A stretch of DNA of 64,000 nucleotides, taken from positions 1,187,303-1,251,302 of the forward strand of contig MU057640.1 in assembly GCA_013265495.1 (NCBI GenBank), in the 5' to 3' direction. Both the position numbers and the translations under genes were made by a program. The notes beneath the pieces were generated by a model that did no database searches, was not told where the DNA came from, and saw only the letters and a list, made by a program, of their open reading frames with translations. Positions 49,143 through 63,059 of the stretch are shown one piece after another (within the stretch, counting starts at the first letter, position 1; each line of letters starts with the position of its first letter). Source of the DNA: Vicugna vicugna. Lineage: Eukaryota.

Positions 49143-52100
49143 GACTTTCACTTCCAGAAAAGAGAGCGTAACAGGGACTGGAATAACCCTCCAACCTAAA
49201 ACAATTAGGAAAGTGGATAAAAGTATAAGTAATAATGATATCCAAGGCACTGTACATCAGGAAGTGAAGTACAGTCATTCCAAGAGAAGATGAGCCCTAC
49301 CATTATTTAAAAGAGTTTCTGAGATGTGGGGCAGGGAGAGGGAGCCTAGGCAGAGGCTAGTAGACGCATGATTTGAAGAGACAAGGCAGATCATCTGGTG
49401 AAGACCAAAGCAGTCACTGCTGGCAGGACAGAGCACTGAAAAGGAGAGAGCTGCACGGAGACAGAACCCTGGAGCTCTTCAGAGGGTCTGCTGTCAGAGC
49501 TCAGCAACATACTGATCATTACACTCATGTGAGGCAATTACCCAAGGCCAGGGAAAGAGCCACTCTAAACACTCTAAAGGATTCAGTGGAAGAGTGAAGA
49601 ACCTCAGCATTGACAAGAAAATGGACTGATTACTCAGAAGGGACTCTCATACCATCAAAAGAATTTTAACAGCAAAACCTTAAAGGATCAAACTGTTTCC
49701 AAGTAATTTAATTGTATCTCAAAACTAAGTTCAAGAATTATTTTTCGAAAGACAAAAATATCCCACACTCCATGTAAAATTCACAATGTCTAGCATCCGA
49801 TGAAAAATTGCCAGGTATACAAAGAAGCAGGAAATATGATCTGTAATAAGAATAATAATCAATTAATCAAAATCAACCCCAAACTGACAAAAATGTAAGA
49901 ATTAGCCAACAAGGATATTAAAACAGTCATTATAACTATATGCCATATGTTCAAAGAGTTAGGTAGACATATGGAGAAAATAAAATAACCCAAATTGAAC
50001 TTTTACTAAAAAAAAAAAACCCTATAATGTCTTGAGATGAAAAAAAAAAACCTGGATGGAGAATTAATGGCATATTAGACATATCAGAAGAAAAAAATTG
50101 GTGAACTTGAAAACGTAATAGTAGAAACCCAAATGAAACAGAAAAAAAATGAGCTTTGAGAAAGCCTTACGTGTCCTAATAAACATGTAATTACAGTCAA
50201 AAGGTAGAAACTGTCAGATTGATTGGAAAAAGTAAGACGCAACTACATGATACCTATAAAAAAAATTCATTCACTATAAAGATCCAAGTAAGTTAAAAGG
50301 ATGGAAAAGGTATATCACGCTGTACTAATCAAAAGAAAGCTGAAGTGACTAGATTAATACCAATAATATTCAGAGCAAAGCATATTACCACTGGTAAAGA
50401 AGGTCATTTCATAATGACAACAAGATCAATTCATCAAGAGGGCGTAACAATCGTAAGGGTTTATGCATCTAATAACAGAGCTCCAAAACACGTGAAATAA
50501 AAACGGGTAGAACTTCAAGGACAAATAGACAAATCCATAACTACAGTCAGATATCTTAAAGCCCCCTTCTCAATATCTAGTAGAATAAATAGAGGTTAAA
50601 AAAAATAGGAAAAATAGGAAAAGCTTGAACAATACAATCAACCAACTTGACCTGATAGACACTCCACTCAACAACAGCAGAACTCACATCTTTTTCAGTT
50701 GCACAAGGAAAATTCACCATGATAGACCAAACTCTGGGCCAAAAGATAGTCTCAATGAAGTTAAAAGGATTCGAGTCATACAAAGAATGCTCTCTGACAA
50801 CAGTAGAATTATCAGGATCTCTGGAAAATCTCCAGTTATTGAAAATTAAATAATATACTTCTAAATAATCCATGAGTCAGAGAAGAAATCAAAAGGGAAA
50901 TTAGAAAATATTTTGAATGGAACAGAAATGAAAATACAGCATATCCAAGTCTGGGGAATACTACAAAAGCATTACCTACGGGGAAATAAATAGCTTTAAA
51001 TGCCTAAATTGAAAAGAAGGAAAGTATCATACTACTTTCACCTTAAGAAACTAGAAAAAAAAAAGAGTAGAAAAAATGAAAAAATAAAGGTTAAAACGAA
51101 GATCACTGAAATAGGTAATAGAAACACGAGAGAGAAAATCCATAAAAGTAAAAGCTAATTCTATGAGGTGATCAATAAAACTGATAAACCTTTAACCAGA
51201 CTGATCAGGAAAAGAAAAGAAAACACAAACTGCCAGTATCAGAAATGAGAGTGGCTACTTCACTGTGCATTCTACAAATATTAAATAATGAGGAAATATG
51301 ATAAATTTAAGATAATAAATTTGATAATTTAGATTAAATGGACCAACACCAAATCCATTCAAAAAGAAAGAGACAAACTGAATAGCTCTCTACCTATTAA
51401 AAAAAAATAACAAAACTTGACTTTGTAGTTAAATACCTTCCCACAAAGAAAACTGGCCCAGATGACTTTGCTGGATACTTAAGTTCTACTGAACATTTAA
51501 GGAATATTTAAGGAAGTTCTACTTAACATTTAAAGAAGAAATAATATCAATTTTACACAAACTCTTCCAATAAAAGTGAAGAGGAAAGAATACACCCCAA
51601 TTCATTCTATGAGGTCGGCATTCCTCTGTTACCGAAACCCAGACAAATTACAATATTAAAAAAAAATCTATAGATAAAAATCTCTCATGAACATACATGC
51701 AAGCATTCTAAACAAAATATTATCGAACGGAATCCAACAATATATAAAAAGTATATTATGAACAAACAGAACTCATTCAATGAATGCAAGAATGATTTAA
51801 CACTGGAAAATCAATTGATGTAATTCACCCTATTAGCAAACTTTTTAAAAAGTTATTAAAAAAGAAAAACCACATGGTCATTTTAATAGATGCAGAAAAA
51901 TCATTGACAAAATCCAGCATCCATTTCTATTTTTTTAAAAAAACCTCAGCAAACTGGAAATAGAAAGGAACTTTCTCAACTAGATGTCTCAATCTAGAAA
52001 CACTTACTGCTAACATCATACTTGATGGTGAAAGATTAAATTTTATTTCTGTAAGATCTGGAACAAAAATGTCTGCTCTCACCGATTCTATTCAGCATTG

Positions 52101-54105
52101 TACTGGAGGTTCTAGTCAGTGCAAGAAGGGGGGGGGGTAGGAAATAAAAGACATCCAGACTGGGAAGAAAAAAGTAAATTGTCTTTATTTATAGACAACA
52201 TGTGGTATGTTTAGAAAGCCTGTTGGAATCTATTTTTAAAAGCTACTAGAATTCATAAGTGAATTTAGCAAGGTTAAAGACCCATGTTAAAATAAAAAAA
52301 TATGCAAGATCCATGTTAAAAATCAGTCATATTTCTATTTACCAGCAATGGACATCCAAAAATTGAAATTTAAAAATATTATCATTTATTATAATATCAA
52401 ACGTGTGATATACCTAGGAATAAATCTGACAAAAGTTGTTTAAAATGTGTACGTTGAAAACTACCAAACCAGCTGAGGAAAAATTTAAAAGCCCTAAATG
52501 AATAGAGATATATGCCTTGTCTGAGTTGAAAGACTCAAAATTGTTGAGATTTCAGGCCTCTGCAAACTATTCTATAGATTCAATGCAATCCCTGTTCAAA
52601 TCCTAGCAGGATTTTCTTGTAGAAATTCACAAGCTGATTTTCAACTTAATATGGTAACACATAGTACCTAGACCAGCCAAAATAACTTTGAAAGACAAGT
52701 TTGGAAGGCTGGTTTCAAGACTTATTATAAAGCTACAGTAACCAAGACAATAAGCTATTAGCATAAAGATTAAAAAATAAATGAATGGCAGAGAACAGAG
52801 CTCAGAAATAGACCCACACATACATGGAGAACTGTGTTTTGACAAAGTTGCAAAGACAAGTCAATGGAGAACGGATCGTCTTTCCATCAAATGGTACTGA
52901 AACAACTGGATATCCATAAACCACAATATAGAACTCCTGTCTAATTCTCCCCTGTATACAAAAATTAACTCAAAATGGATTACAGACCCAAATACAAACC
53001 TGCAACTATAAAACTTCTAGAAGAAAACATAGGAGAAAATCTTTGTGACCTTGAGTTAGACAAAGATCTCTTAGACACAATACCAAAAGCAGAGTCCATA
53101 AAAGCAAAAGTCGGTAAACTGCACTTCATCCAAGTTAAAAACTTCTGTTCTCTGGAAGGCGTTGTTAAGAGAACAAAAAGACTATTGAAAGACTGAGGGG
53201 AAATATTTGCAAAGCATTTATTTGATAAAGGGCTTATATCAGGATATATAAAGAACTCTCAAAACTCAAAAATAAGAAAATCCAATTTTTTTTAATGGGA
53301 AAAGGATTTGAATATCACCAAAGAAGGTATACAGATGGCAAATAAGCCCATGAAAAGATGCTCGATGTCATCAATCATTAGGGGAATATAAATTAAAGCC
53401 TCGAGGAAACACTACTACACGCTTATTAGAATGGCTGAAATTAAAGTGTGACCACACCAAACGTTGGCAAGTGGCAAAGAAACTACGGCTCTTATACACT
53501 GCCAGTGGGAATGTAAACTGGTACGATGACTTTGGAAAACAGTGTGGCAATTTCTTAAAGTTAAAATGCAGCTACCATAGGACTCAGTCATTCTAGACTC
53601 CAGTATTTACCAAAAAGAACTAAAGCATCTGTCCACATGGAGACTTATACAGAATTATTATGAATGTTCACAGTAGCTCTGTTTGTATTAGCCCCAAATG
53701 CACATCAACGGGTAAACGAATAAACAAATCGTGGCACATCCATACAATGAAATTTTGAAAGTAGTGAGCTGTTAATCCATGCAACATGGATGAATCTCGA
53801 AATAATTATGCCAAATGAAAGGAATACATACAGTATGATTCTATTTATATAAAACTCAAAGAAAATGCAAACTAACCTACCTTGATAGAAAGCAAGTCAG
53901 TAGTTGCCTAGAGAGAAGGGTTGGGAACACGGAAGAGGAAGGATTTACAAAGAGCCGCAAAGAAACTTTTGAGGGTGGTGGTTATGCTCATTTCCTTGAT
54001 TGTGGGGATAATTTCACAGGTGTTTTCATATTTTGTTTTATTTAATTGTACACTTTAAATATGGACAGTTGATCCTATGCCAATTATATTTCAATCAGCC
54101 TGTCT
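49143..54105 (+). mobile_element. Near full-span old L1 (L1MD/MC-like), internally deleted and degenerate
   Basis: 5' UTR/ORF1 start (~49143-50195), jump into the ORF2 endonuclease, RT remnants (NNTINQLDLID; IKLLEENIGENLCDL), and a 3' UTR ending aattgtacactttaaatatg...caattatatttcaat. Confidence 0.9.
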
Positions 54106-55079
54106 TTTTTGTTTTTAAAATCCCTTATTTCAAATTGATAGAGGTAGAAGAGAGGTGTGTGCAGGTCATTAAGCAAAGCTGAATGAAAAAGATAAACTTG
54201 TCCTTGGAAACACTGTGAACAAGACGCAATTTCTTTATCAAGCTTTCCTTCCTGCCCACACAGAGCTTTCCTCCTTCCCTGGCATTCCATAGCATTTTTG
54301 GCTTGCTTGATACTCAGGATTCTTCATCCCGTACCCAAGAAGCATCACTCTGGTAGTTAATTCTTCTCTTGTCTTTTTCTCTCGTTTCCTCCTCATGGAA
54401 CCCATTCTCAACTTATCTGTCAGTTTGGGAAGGAGATGATTTACTAATTCACAGAAAATTGTTGGGGGATAAAATGAGCAAATAAATGAACACTAAAAGC
54501 AGCTCATCAAGCTGTCTCTTTTAGCTCTGCCTCCCTCAACCCCTGGTGCTATTTGCATTTCAAAAGAGACAACTGCTTTCATCCAAAATGTTACAAGTGG
54601 AATTTGAGGCAGCAGGGAGGAAATACTTTAGGGTACAAGGGATTTGCCAGTATCCATTTCATACTTTAAATCAATCTCTGTATACAAAAGATTCCCTATG
54701 CCCTCTTCTCATTGGTTAAAACACATTTATTTGGAATCTGTAAAAAGGATGATTTCATAGCCTTGTCCACTTTTTTTTTCCTCATAAATACGCATGACTT
54801 TGCATTTGTAGGTTCCAGATGTTACAGGAATCTATGAAGTCAAGATACCATAAGAAATGCTTCCCTACATTTATAAAGCAAATTTGAAGTCCCAAAAATC
54901 TCGTCTTCTGAGGCTTTGGTCCCAGGCGAATGCTAACCTAATTTTCAGATAGTGAATTAAATCGTGGACATGAGCCCTACAAAGTGCCTGAAGTTGTCGT
55001 AAGCTATTCCACATTCTCAGAGGCCATGTGCCTGGAGAGAAAACTGTCTCAGAGATGCCAGTTTTCCTTCTATAACTTA

Positions 55080-55580
55080 AGCAAATATTTAAAAAATATT
55101 TATTGTAGGGCTGTTATGTGTCAAGCTTTTTGTTGAGCAATAAGGGCCCAGTTGTGAATAAGACAATCACTATTCCCGGCCTTACTGAGTTGAAAGTCCG
55201 GAAGAGAAGACATATATCCAAAGAACACGATTAAGTGTTAGAGACTGCTGTGAGCACGTAAGGCAGGAGACTCTCACCAAGGAGTATCAGAGAAGACTTC
55301 CTGGAGGAGGTAGTATTTGCGACTTAAAACATGATGAGGTAAAGATAGAGGGGAAGAGTGTTTCAGGCCTAGGGTTCCGTATGTGTGATGTTTTTAGAGA
55401 AGGAGAAACTACATTATATTTGAAAATCTTACAGATGAGCAGTATGAATGAGGCTCGGGAGATAAGCAGGAGCTAAATCTTACAGGGACAGATAAAGGGT
55501 TTTGGTTTTTTGAACTAAGAACTACGACAAGCCACTAAAATGATTCGAGCAGTCAAGTGTCACGATCAGATTTGCATGTC
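55080..55580 (-). mobile_element. L2 fragment
   Basis: aaatatttattgtagggctgttatgtgtcaag...cagagaagacttcctggaggaggtag...ggggaagagtgtttcaggc. Confidence 0.7.
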
Positions 55581-55639
55581 AAGTTCAGAATGTCACAATT
55601 TACTTGAGATCACTACATCACACGTGGCACTGGGGTGCA

Positions 55640-55850
55640 GAGGTGGGCCCCTGAGCATCACTGCCTGGGTTCATGTTCAGCCTCTCTTCTCTGTTAGCTT
55701 TGCTAGGAATTTAACTTCTCTGAGCCTCAGTTTCCCATCTATGAAAGAAAATAACAACACGGTCCTCCTCACAGGGATGCTACAAATATTAAATCTGTTA
55801 AAGTGAGTCATTGGGATTGTGCTTGTCACACAGAGAAGATTCCAAAACTC
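55640..55850 (+). mobile_element. MIR
   Basis: ctgcctgggttcatgttcagcctc...atttaacttctctgagcctcagtttcccatctatgaaa. Confidence 0.75.
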
Positions 55851-56149
55851 ATCTCCACTTGTATTTGTACATCTCTTAGGAATCTCAAACATAAAATGTC
55901 TACATCTGATTCTGGTTCATCCACCCCCACTCCCACCCCCAAGACGCTATTTGTCTTTTAGCTTTCTTCATCTCAAAAAAAAAAAGATGGTATCTACCAT
56001 TTATAAACCCAGAACCCCAAATAAATACATTATTAGTATAAGATTGAGCCATCTTGCCCCAGTCAGGAGACCATAAGGAAAATTAACTGTCTTGATCCTT
56101 TCTACCAAGTGAAGGGGAAAAAAATCGCAAGGACTATGACCAGAGCTAA

Positions 56150-57380
56150 AGATAAAAGGATTAGTTTACCAGGAAGACATAATAATTCGAAATTATTATG
56201 TACATTGTAATAGAGTTTCAAAATGCAGGAGGCAAATTTGACAGAACTAAAAGGAGAAATAGACAAATTTGTGATCATAGTTAGAAATGTTAACACTTCT
56301 CTTTCAATGATAGGCCAAGTAGATTTTTAAAAATCAGTGAGAATACAGAAAATACGAACATTATCAACCAATGCAACCTAATGAACATTTATAGAACACA
56401 ATGACCCAAAATGGCAGAACATACTCTTGAAGTGCACATGAGACATCCTCCAAAATAGACCACCTCCTGGGCCAGAAAGTGATCAAAGATACTCAAAATA
56501 TTGAAATCACACAGGGTGTGTGCTCTGAGCATAATAGGGTTCAATTAGAAATCAGTAAGATATCTACGAAAGCTCCACATTTTAAAAAGTATACAGCATA
56601 TTTAATGACCCACGAGTCAAAGAAGAAATCATAATAGAAACGAGAAAATATTTTAAATTGAAAGTTAATGAAAATACAACAAAATTCATAAGATGCAGCT
56701 AAAGTACTGCTTAGGGGGAAATTTATTATAATAAATGCATATCTTTTAAAAAAGTGGATTTAAAATAGTGATCTTAAGATCAAAAGCTAGATGAAGAAGA
56801 GCAAATTAAACCCAAAACCAGTAACAGGAGGGAAACGATAACGATACAAGCAATTATTTAAAAATGGAAAATAGAAAAACAGCTACGAAAATTTTAAAAG
56901 TCAAAAGTTGGTTTTTTGTAAGATTAGAATTATTTCTTCCTTAAGTGTTTGAGAGAACTCATCAGTAAATCCACCTGGGCCTAGAGGTTTCTTTATGAAA
57001 AGGTTTTTAATTACAAAAACTCTTTAAAATAATAGAAGAAATGTTTCCCAGATTTGTTTTATGAGACCAGCATAGCTACAGCAAAATTGACAAAGATATT
57101 AAAAGACAGAAATTACACAGTAATACCACTCATGACTATCAATATAGTAAAATCGTCCATGAACAAGTCGGTTTTAACCAAAACAGTTTGATAGAATATT
57201 CTAAAACAAATCAGTATGATTCATTAAATTAATAGAATTAAAGAAAAACATACCATCATCTTACAGATGCAGAAAAAATAACGTTTGACAAAATTCAACA
57301 CACATTTATGATAACAACTCGAAGCAAACCAGGAAAAATGGAAAGTTCCTCAGGTTTATAGAAGGCATCTAAAACTCTGT
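56150..57380 (+). mobile_element. Old L1 ORF2 fragment with an internal micro-inversion
   Basis: Endonuclease-to-RT homology (gacagaactaaaaggagaaatagacaaat; gatgcagaaaaa...tttgacaaaattcaacacacatttatgata); 56927-57014 is reversed. Confidence 0.85.
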
Positions 57381-57519
57381 GACAGTGACAGTTACCCAAT
57401 AACACGGGTGGTAATGCCTATGAACTGTACACCTACAAACAGGTGAAAATGGCAAAGTTTGCATCAGGATCTGCCTCTGCTCTGCTTCTAGGGAACCCAA
57501 CCTAAGACAAACTATACCA

Positions 57520-59590
57520 TGTTACCAAATACCACATTAATGAGCTTTAAGACAAAAATGCTTACTGGAGATAAGGAAGGTCACTTCATAATTTTTTTAA
57601 AGACTCAGTTTACCAGGAAGCTCTAAAAATATTTGTATGCATCCAGTAATATAGCCTCAAAATAATTACAGAAAAAAAGGACAGAACAGTGAGGAGAAAT
57701 ATACCAATCCACTATTTTAATAACTGATCAAACAAGCAGTACCAAAAATCACTGTAGAAGCAGAAGACTGGAACAGCACATTTTAGTTAATCGTTTAGCT
57801 TCTGTTCTCCCTCCATTCCAGGTACTCTGAGCACTGCTTTGTCTCAAAACAAGCTTGAACCCAACAAAGTATATTTTCCATGCTCCTTTGTCAGTTGGCT
57901 TCAATTTATGTTTCCAATGGGAGGCACTCGTCAGAGTATAAGGAAGAAGGAAAAGAGAAGCCCTTTTCTTTTTCTTTTCCATTTCTGACGGCACCTGCAG
58001 CAACAGCAATGCAATCCACATGACTTCCGGTTGCTGGGCTCTTACATCATCGTCTCGGTGCTTTGTTTGCAGGAAGCAGCAACACTGGTCCTGATGGCAG
58101 TAGTGGGAGCTTTAGCACCCTCATATGTGCAGGGACACTGGGCTCTGGAAAAAGTCTTTCTTCTTCTCCGGGAGAGAGGAGGTTGCTAATTGCTCTCTGC
58201 ATTTGCTAAGCTATCCCCCACCTTTTTTTTTTTCCCCCTCTCTTCTAGCCCTTCAAACAAATCTGTAACCAATTTTCTGTATTTCTCTGTTTGAAATACC
58301 TGGCATGGTTTCCATTTCCCTGACAGGATACTGACTGATGAAACGGCAAACCATAACACTGCACTCAACACTGTAGAATACATTTTCTTTTCAAACACAC
58401 ACTTTTCCAGCATTGACCATTTACGAGGTCGTACAGTTGTGACATACGTACAGATCATACAGGAAATCTTTTCTGACCACAATGCAGTAAAACGAGAAAT
58501 AAACTAGAAATAAATTATAAAGCATAACAGCTTACAGTTACATTGCTCCTACTATGTGCCAGGGTTTATTTAATCTGCACAAAAATCCAACTGAGTCAGA
58601 GTTTGTTATAATGTTCTCCTATTTCTACAAAGGAATCAGTACCTCCAAGGAGTTAAGTGATTTACCCAAGCTCACACAGCTGGCAGTGCTGGATTCAATC
58701 AGTAAAACCCTAGATTCCACAAATAATTAAAATGCTATACTGTTCCTCATTATAAAGGTAAGTAGAACTATTTAAAGTTCAATAATCATAAAAATAACAC
58801 TACATATGAAACCTTCAGGGATAAGGTAAAACAAAACTTAGAGATATTTAGCTTTACCTGCTTATATATATGAAAAGATGAAAAGCTGGAAATTACTGAG
58901 CTATAGTTAGAAAATGAAAAAAAGGTAACAAGTAATTTCAAAAACAATAGAAGGAAGAAAATAATAAAAATGGAAACTAATGGGATAGCAAATAGAGAGA
59001 ATCAAAACCAGAAGCTGATTTCTTAAAGACTCAGAAAACTGAAAAACAAAATCTCTAGAAGGGTAACTAAGAAAGAAAAGGCAAAGTAAACAGTATTAAG
59101 AATAAAAAGGGAAACATACTCTAGATGATGCAGTCATGTAAAAGACAGTGATGATACTATTCATAACTTTATGCCAATACATTTGGAAAGTTAGAGGAGA
59201 TAAGTAAATAGTAAAAAAAAAAAATAATTTACCAAAATTGACTCAGGAAGAAATAGAAAATCTGAATGTCCTATAACCATTTTAAAAATTAATCAAATTT
59301 TTAAATCTCACGAAGAAAACTTGACTCCTGGTTGGTTTCCTAGCTAGTCTACTAAACAAATTTAAATATGAATAAAATAACAATCTTGTGCAAGCTGTTA
59401 CAAAGTATAGACAAAGAATCTTGAAACCAAAACCTGAAGCAAAAAAATACAAGAAAGGAAAATTATAAACCAGTCTTTCTTATGAATAAAGAAGGAAAAA
59501 AATCAAAATATTTGCAAGCGAAATCCAGCAAAGTCTAAAATTGAAATTTCCTCATAAACAAGTTTGGTTTATCCCAGGAACGCAATTCTG
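57520..59590 (+). mobile_element. Ancient L1 ORF2 fragments, interrupted by an LTR33-like element and a MIR-like piece (~58525-58700)
   Basis: ttctgaccacaatgcagtaaaacgagaaat; aactttatgccaatacatttggaaagttag; ttaccaaaattgactcaggaagaaatagaaaatctgaat. Confidence 0.75.
57782..58340 (+). mobile_element. ERVL LTR, LTR33-like, inserted in an L1
   Basis: tctagcccttcaaacaaatctgtaaccaattttctgtatttctctgtttgaaatacctggcatggtttccatttccctgacaggatactgactgat 3' end. Confidence 0.7.
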
Positions 59591-59594
59591 TTTG

Positions 59595-61530
59595 ACACTT
59601 AACTTTCTTGTAGCACTATGAAAATACTGTTTCACTTCTTCCTGGTGCCCATGGTTTCTGTTGAAAAGTTCATAGTCACTTGTTTCCCACTAAAAGTAAT
59701 GTGTTATTTTTCTCTGGCTGCTTTTAAGATCTCTTTCCCTTGTCTTCAGTTTTCAGCAGTTTGATTATGATCTATTTGGACATAGATTCCTTTGGTCTAT
59801 CTTTTTTGAGGTTCACTGAGCTTCTTGAAACTGTGGGTTTATGTCTTCTAAGAAATTTGAGTTTTCAGCCACTGTTCTTCAATTTTTTTTTTCCTGTACC
59901 ACTCTTTCTCCACATGTTCTAGGACTCTGATGCCACAAATATTAGACTTTAGGTATTGTCCCCTAGGTTCCTGAGGCTCTGTTAATTTTCTCCCCAATCT
60001 TTTTCTCTCTCTAGTTTATGTTGGATAATTTCTACTGATCCATCTGCAAGTTCACTGACTCTTACCTTGTCATCACTATTCTGCCACTGAGTCCACTTAG
60101 TAAAATTTTTATTTCACTTTTTGTATTTTTTCATTCTAAAATTTCCACTTGTTCTTTCCTTATATCTTGTTTCTTTGCTGAAACTGTCTTCTCATTCATT
60201 AAAAAGGTGTTCACCTTACTTCTTGAAGTGATTTGTAATAGCTATTTTAAAGTCTTTATCAGATAATTTCCACATCTGTGTCATTTCAGTGGTTGGTGTC
60301 TGTTGATTGTCTTTTCCTATACAAATTGAGATTTTTTTTATGGCTGTTTATATGCCAAATTATTTTGGATGGTAACCTAGACATTTTGGATATTATGTCA
60401 TGGGACTCCAAGTCTTGTTTAAATCCCATAGAGAATGTTGATATTTTTGCTTTGCCAGGGCATAGATCTGTTTGGGTTCAAGCAACAAGTTCTGACCAGC
60501 CTTCTGTAGAGTATTACTCCAGTGTTTTCAGAGCCTTTCCTGGGCTATTAATATCTGTCTGTCATGTGTGCCACCCAGTGGCCAGTCTGGGACTTAAGTG
60601 GTCACCTATCCAGCATTTTATTTCTCAAGTCTATAGTATGCTGTCTGGGGTCAGGTCCATGTATGCACAGCTTGCAGGGGAACCCAATAGCTTTATGGGG
60701 TTTTTTCCCCAAGCACTCCCTCTCTGTGATATTTCTGATATTTTCTGATTCTCTGAGGCTCCCCTTTATGGTCCTCTGGCCAAAAAAAAAAAAGGGACTT
60801 TTTTCAGCCCTGCTATTTCCCACAACTGTACGTATAACAGAGACCAGTGGTGGAAAGACAGACAAAACAAAATAGAGGTGTATCTTACACTTTGGGGACC
60901 ACAGCACCCCTGATCAGAGAGGAAATTTCCCGTCTCTCAGTTTGAGGAATCTGCAGGTCCCACTACTGCCACTGTAATTGCTGTTGCCACCACCATTGCA
61001 GAGTTGTGTTGGGACTAGGGTGCAAGAGAAGGGAGCAGAGAGAAATGGGGGATTTCTTACTATGTTAGGAATCCCCTTGTTCACCCTTCGAGCCAGAATT
61101 ATAGGGCTTCTCCTGCCTTGGTGCCCACTTCACGTTTTCAGGCTGCCCTGAGCGCAGCCTGGGCGGGTAACAGAGGGAAAAATCACTGAGCTGGTGATTC
61201 TTTGAATTCTGATCTTCTCAATATTCCTCATACCATTTACTTTTTATTTATTTTTTTAAATATATTTTTATTGAAGTACAGTCAGTTTTCAATGTTGTGT
61301 CAATTTCTGGTGTACAGCACAATGCTTCTGTCACATAGGAACATACATACATTCATTCTCATATTCTTTTTCACCATAGGTTACTACGAGATATTGAATA
61401 TGGTTCCTTGTGCCACTTACTTTTTAGAGTTGTCAAATACCAATTCCAAATATTCTGTCCAGGTTTTATAGCTGCATTCAGTGGGAGAGACAAGGTACAG
61501 TGTCTGTTCCATCTTACCAGGAACTGGACC
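59595..61530 (-). mobile_element. Ancient L1 ORF1/5' region, antisense
   Basis: tttctctggctgcttttaagatctctttcccttgtcttcagttttcagcagtttgattatgat is typical antisense L1M ORF1; continues into 5' UTR-like sequence. Confidence 0.75.
61247..61412 (-). mobile_element. Very short lineage-specific L1 3' end with TSD
   Basis: Same family as 13741-13940; TSD CCATTTACTTTTTA 61233-61246 / CCACTTACTTTTTA 61413-61426. Confidence 0.9.
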
Positions 61531-61544
61531 TCTGTCTCCTTCCA

Positions 61545-61820
61545 TCTTGCTCTTCACCATCCTCAATGGTCCGTGACGGTTGCCAACATTCTAGTTTTCA
61601 TGTCTACATTCCCAGCCAACACAATGAAGGGGAAAGAGACAAAGAATGCATCCCCTCTCTTTAAAGACACTTCCTAGAATCTAATGAAATCTTTTCTCTT
61701 ACATCTCATCCGTCAGAACTTTTGCCATAAGACCTCAACAAACTGCAGAAGCAACCATTTGTGTAAGAAATGGTGTCTTTTTAAAAAAGGAAAAAAGAAT
61801 TAATATGTAGGGAATCAGTA
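61545..61820 (-). mobile_element. MaLR LTR fragment (MLT1)
   Basis: catgtctacattcccagcc...tctttaaagacacttcctagaa...cttacatctcatccgtcagaac. Confidence 0.5.
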
Positions 61821-63059
61821 GCGGCCTCTTTTGCAAGCACCTAGTTTTAGCTCTTTTCAATTTCTTGTTCTAATCCTCATCTCTTAAGTATATCTAACGT
61901 GTATATAGAACTGACGTCAGTCTAACTGTATTATAGAAGATGGGGGGTTGTTGTAGAACCATCCAGGCTGCTCTGCGTTTTCCGCTGTCTCTCCGCAGTC
62001 CCCTGGGAGGGACTCAGGGCAGCTGAGATCTGTGAGGCAGACAGTAGGACTACTTCTGCCACCCACCCCCCAACTGCCCCGCAGGCTTCACTCTCCCTGC
62101 AGATTTCTTTGGATTTCACCTGCGTTTGGTGAAGGTGAAGGTGGAGGTTGGCAGACGCTGGCCCTTCAACCACTCTTTTTTTTTCCTTTTATATCCCTGA
62201 AACCTCTACCTCTGGTTTCCTACCTTTCTGAGAACCTCAGTCTGAGATAACTGGCCAGCCTGTTGGCATTCTGCTGACCCTGAAGAGACTTGGGAAGATC
62301 ATGGCAGTTACGCTGTTTCTTTTCAATAATAATGAGTAAGATGTCATATAAAATCAAAGAAAGAACTGATGGAGAAAAAAATACAGTGTAAAAGAAGAGT
62401 AATTTAAAACCAAAGTGGGGACAATAAGAGACTTTTCATGAGAAAAACTGAACTACTGATTTAAGCAGACACTCTCTAAAAAAAATCTGTATTTCTGCCT
62501 GGCACTGATTTGTGGAGTGTGTGTGTACATGTGTGTGTGTGTGTGTAGTTTGCATGTTTTATTAATTGTTAGAAATGTAACCACTTTAAGTTTGACCCTA
62601 GGCTAGTTCTCCCCTCCTGTAAGACCTTGTATATAGTATGCTGTTGCCAACGTGTACATAACTAATTGCCCATGACAAATCTGTCCCCACACTTTCTTCC
62701 TTTTCCCATAATCTGGATCTTAGTTGTAAGCCCTGTGTATTCATTGCATTTCATTTATACCAAGCTTCCTCCCTGCCTCACCTGGAATCTTTCTGAAGAC
62801 AGGGAGCTTGCATGTCATTGCTTGAAGATGGGCTAGTTGCATCTCAGAGGGTATAGTTTCCCTGTAGTCACCTGTGCCTGGAAGGTTAGACCACATCTCC
62901 CATGAAGCCAATCCTGGCTTACCCTACACTTTCTGGAATTCAGTTTTGAAAATCTCTGGAGCATTAGTTCTCAGCCTTAGCTGCACATTAAAATCACCTG
63001 AGGCTGATGTATTTGTTACATCATAGACTTTGGGGACAGGATCCAAGTATTAGTGATTG

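Noticed and set aside
49143..54105. Active full-length L1
   Set aside because: Most of ORF1 is deleted and ORF2 is broken by many stops and frameshifts.
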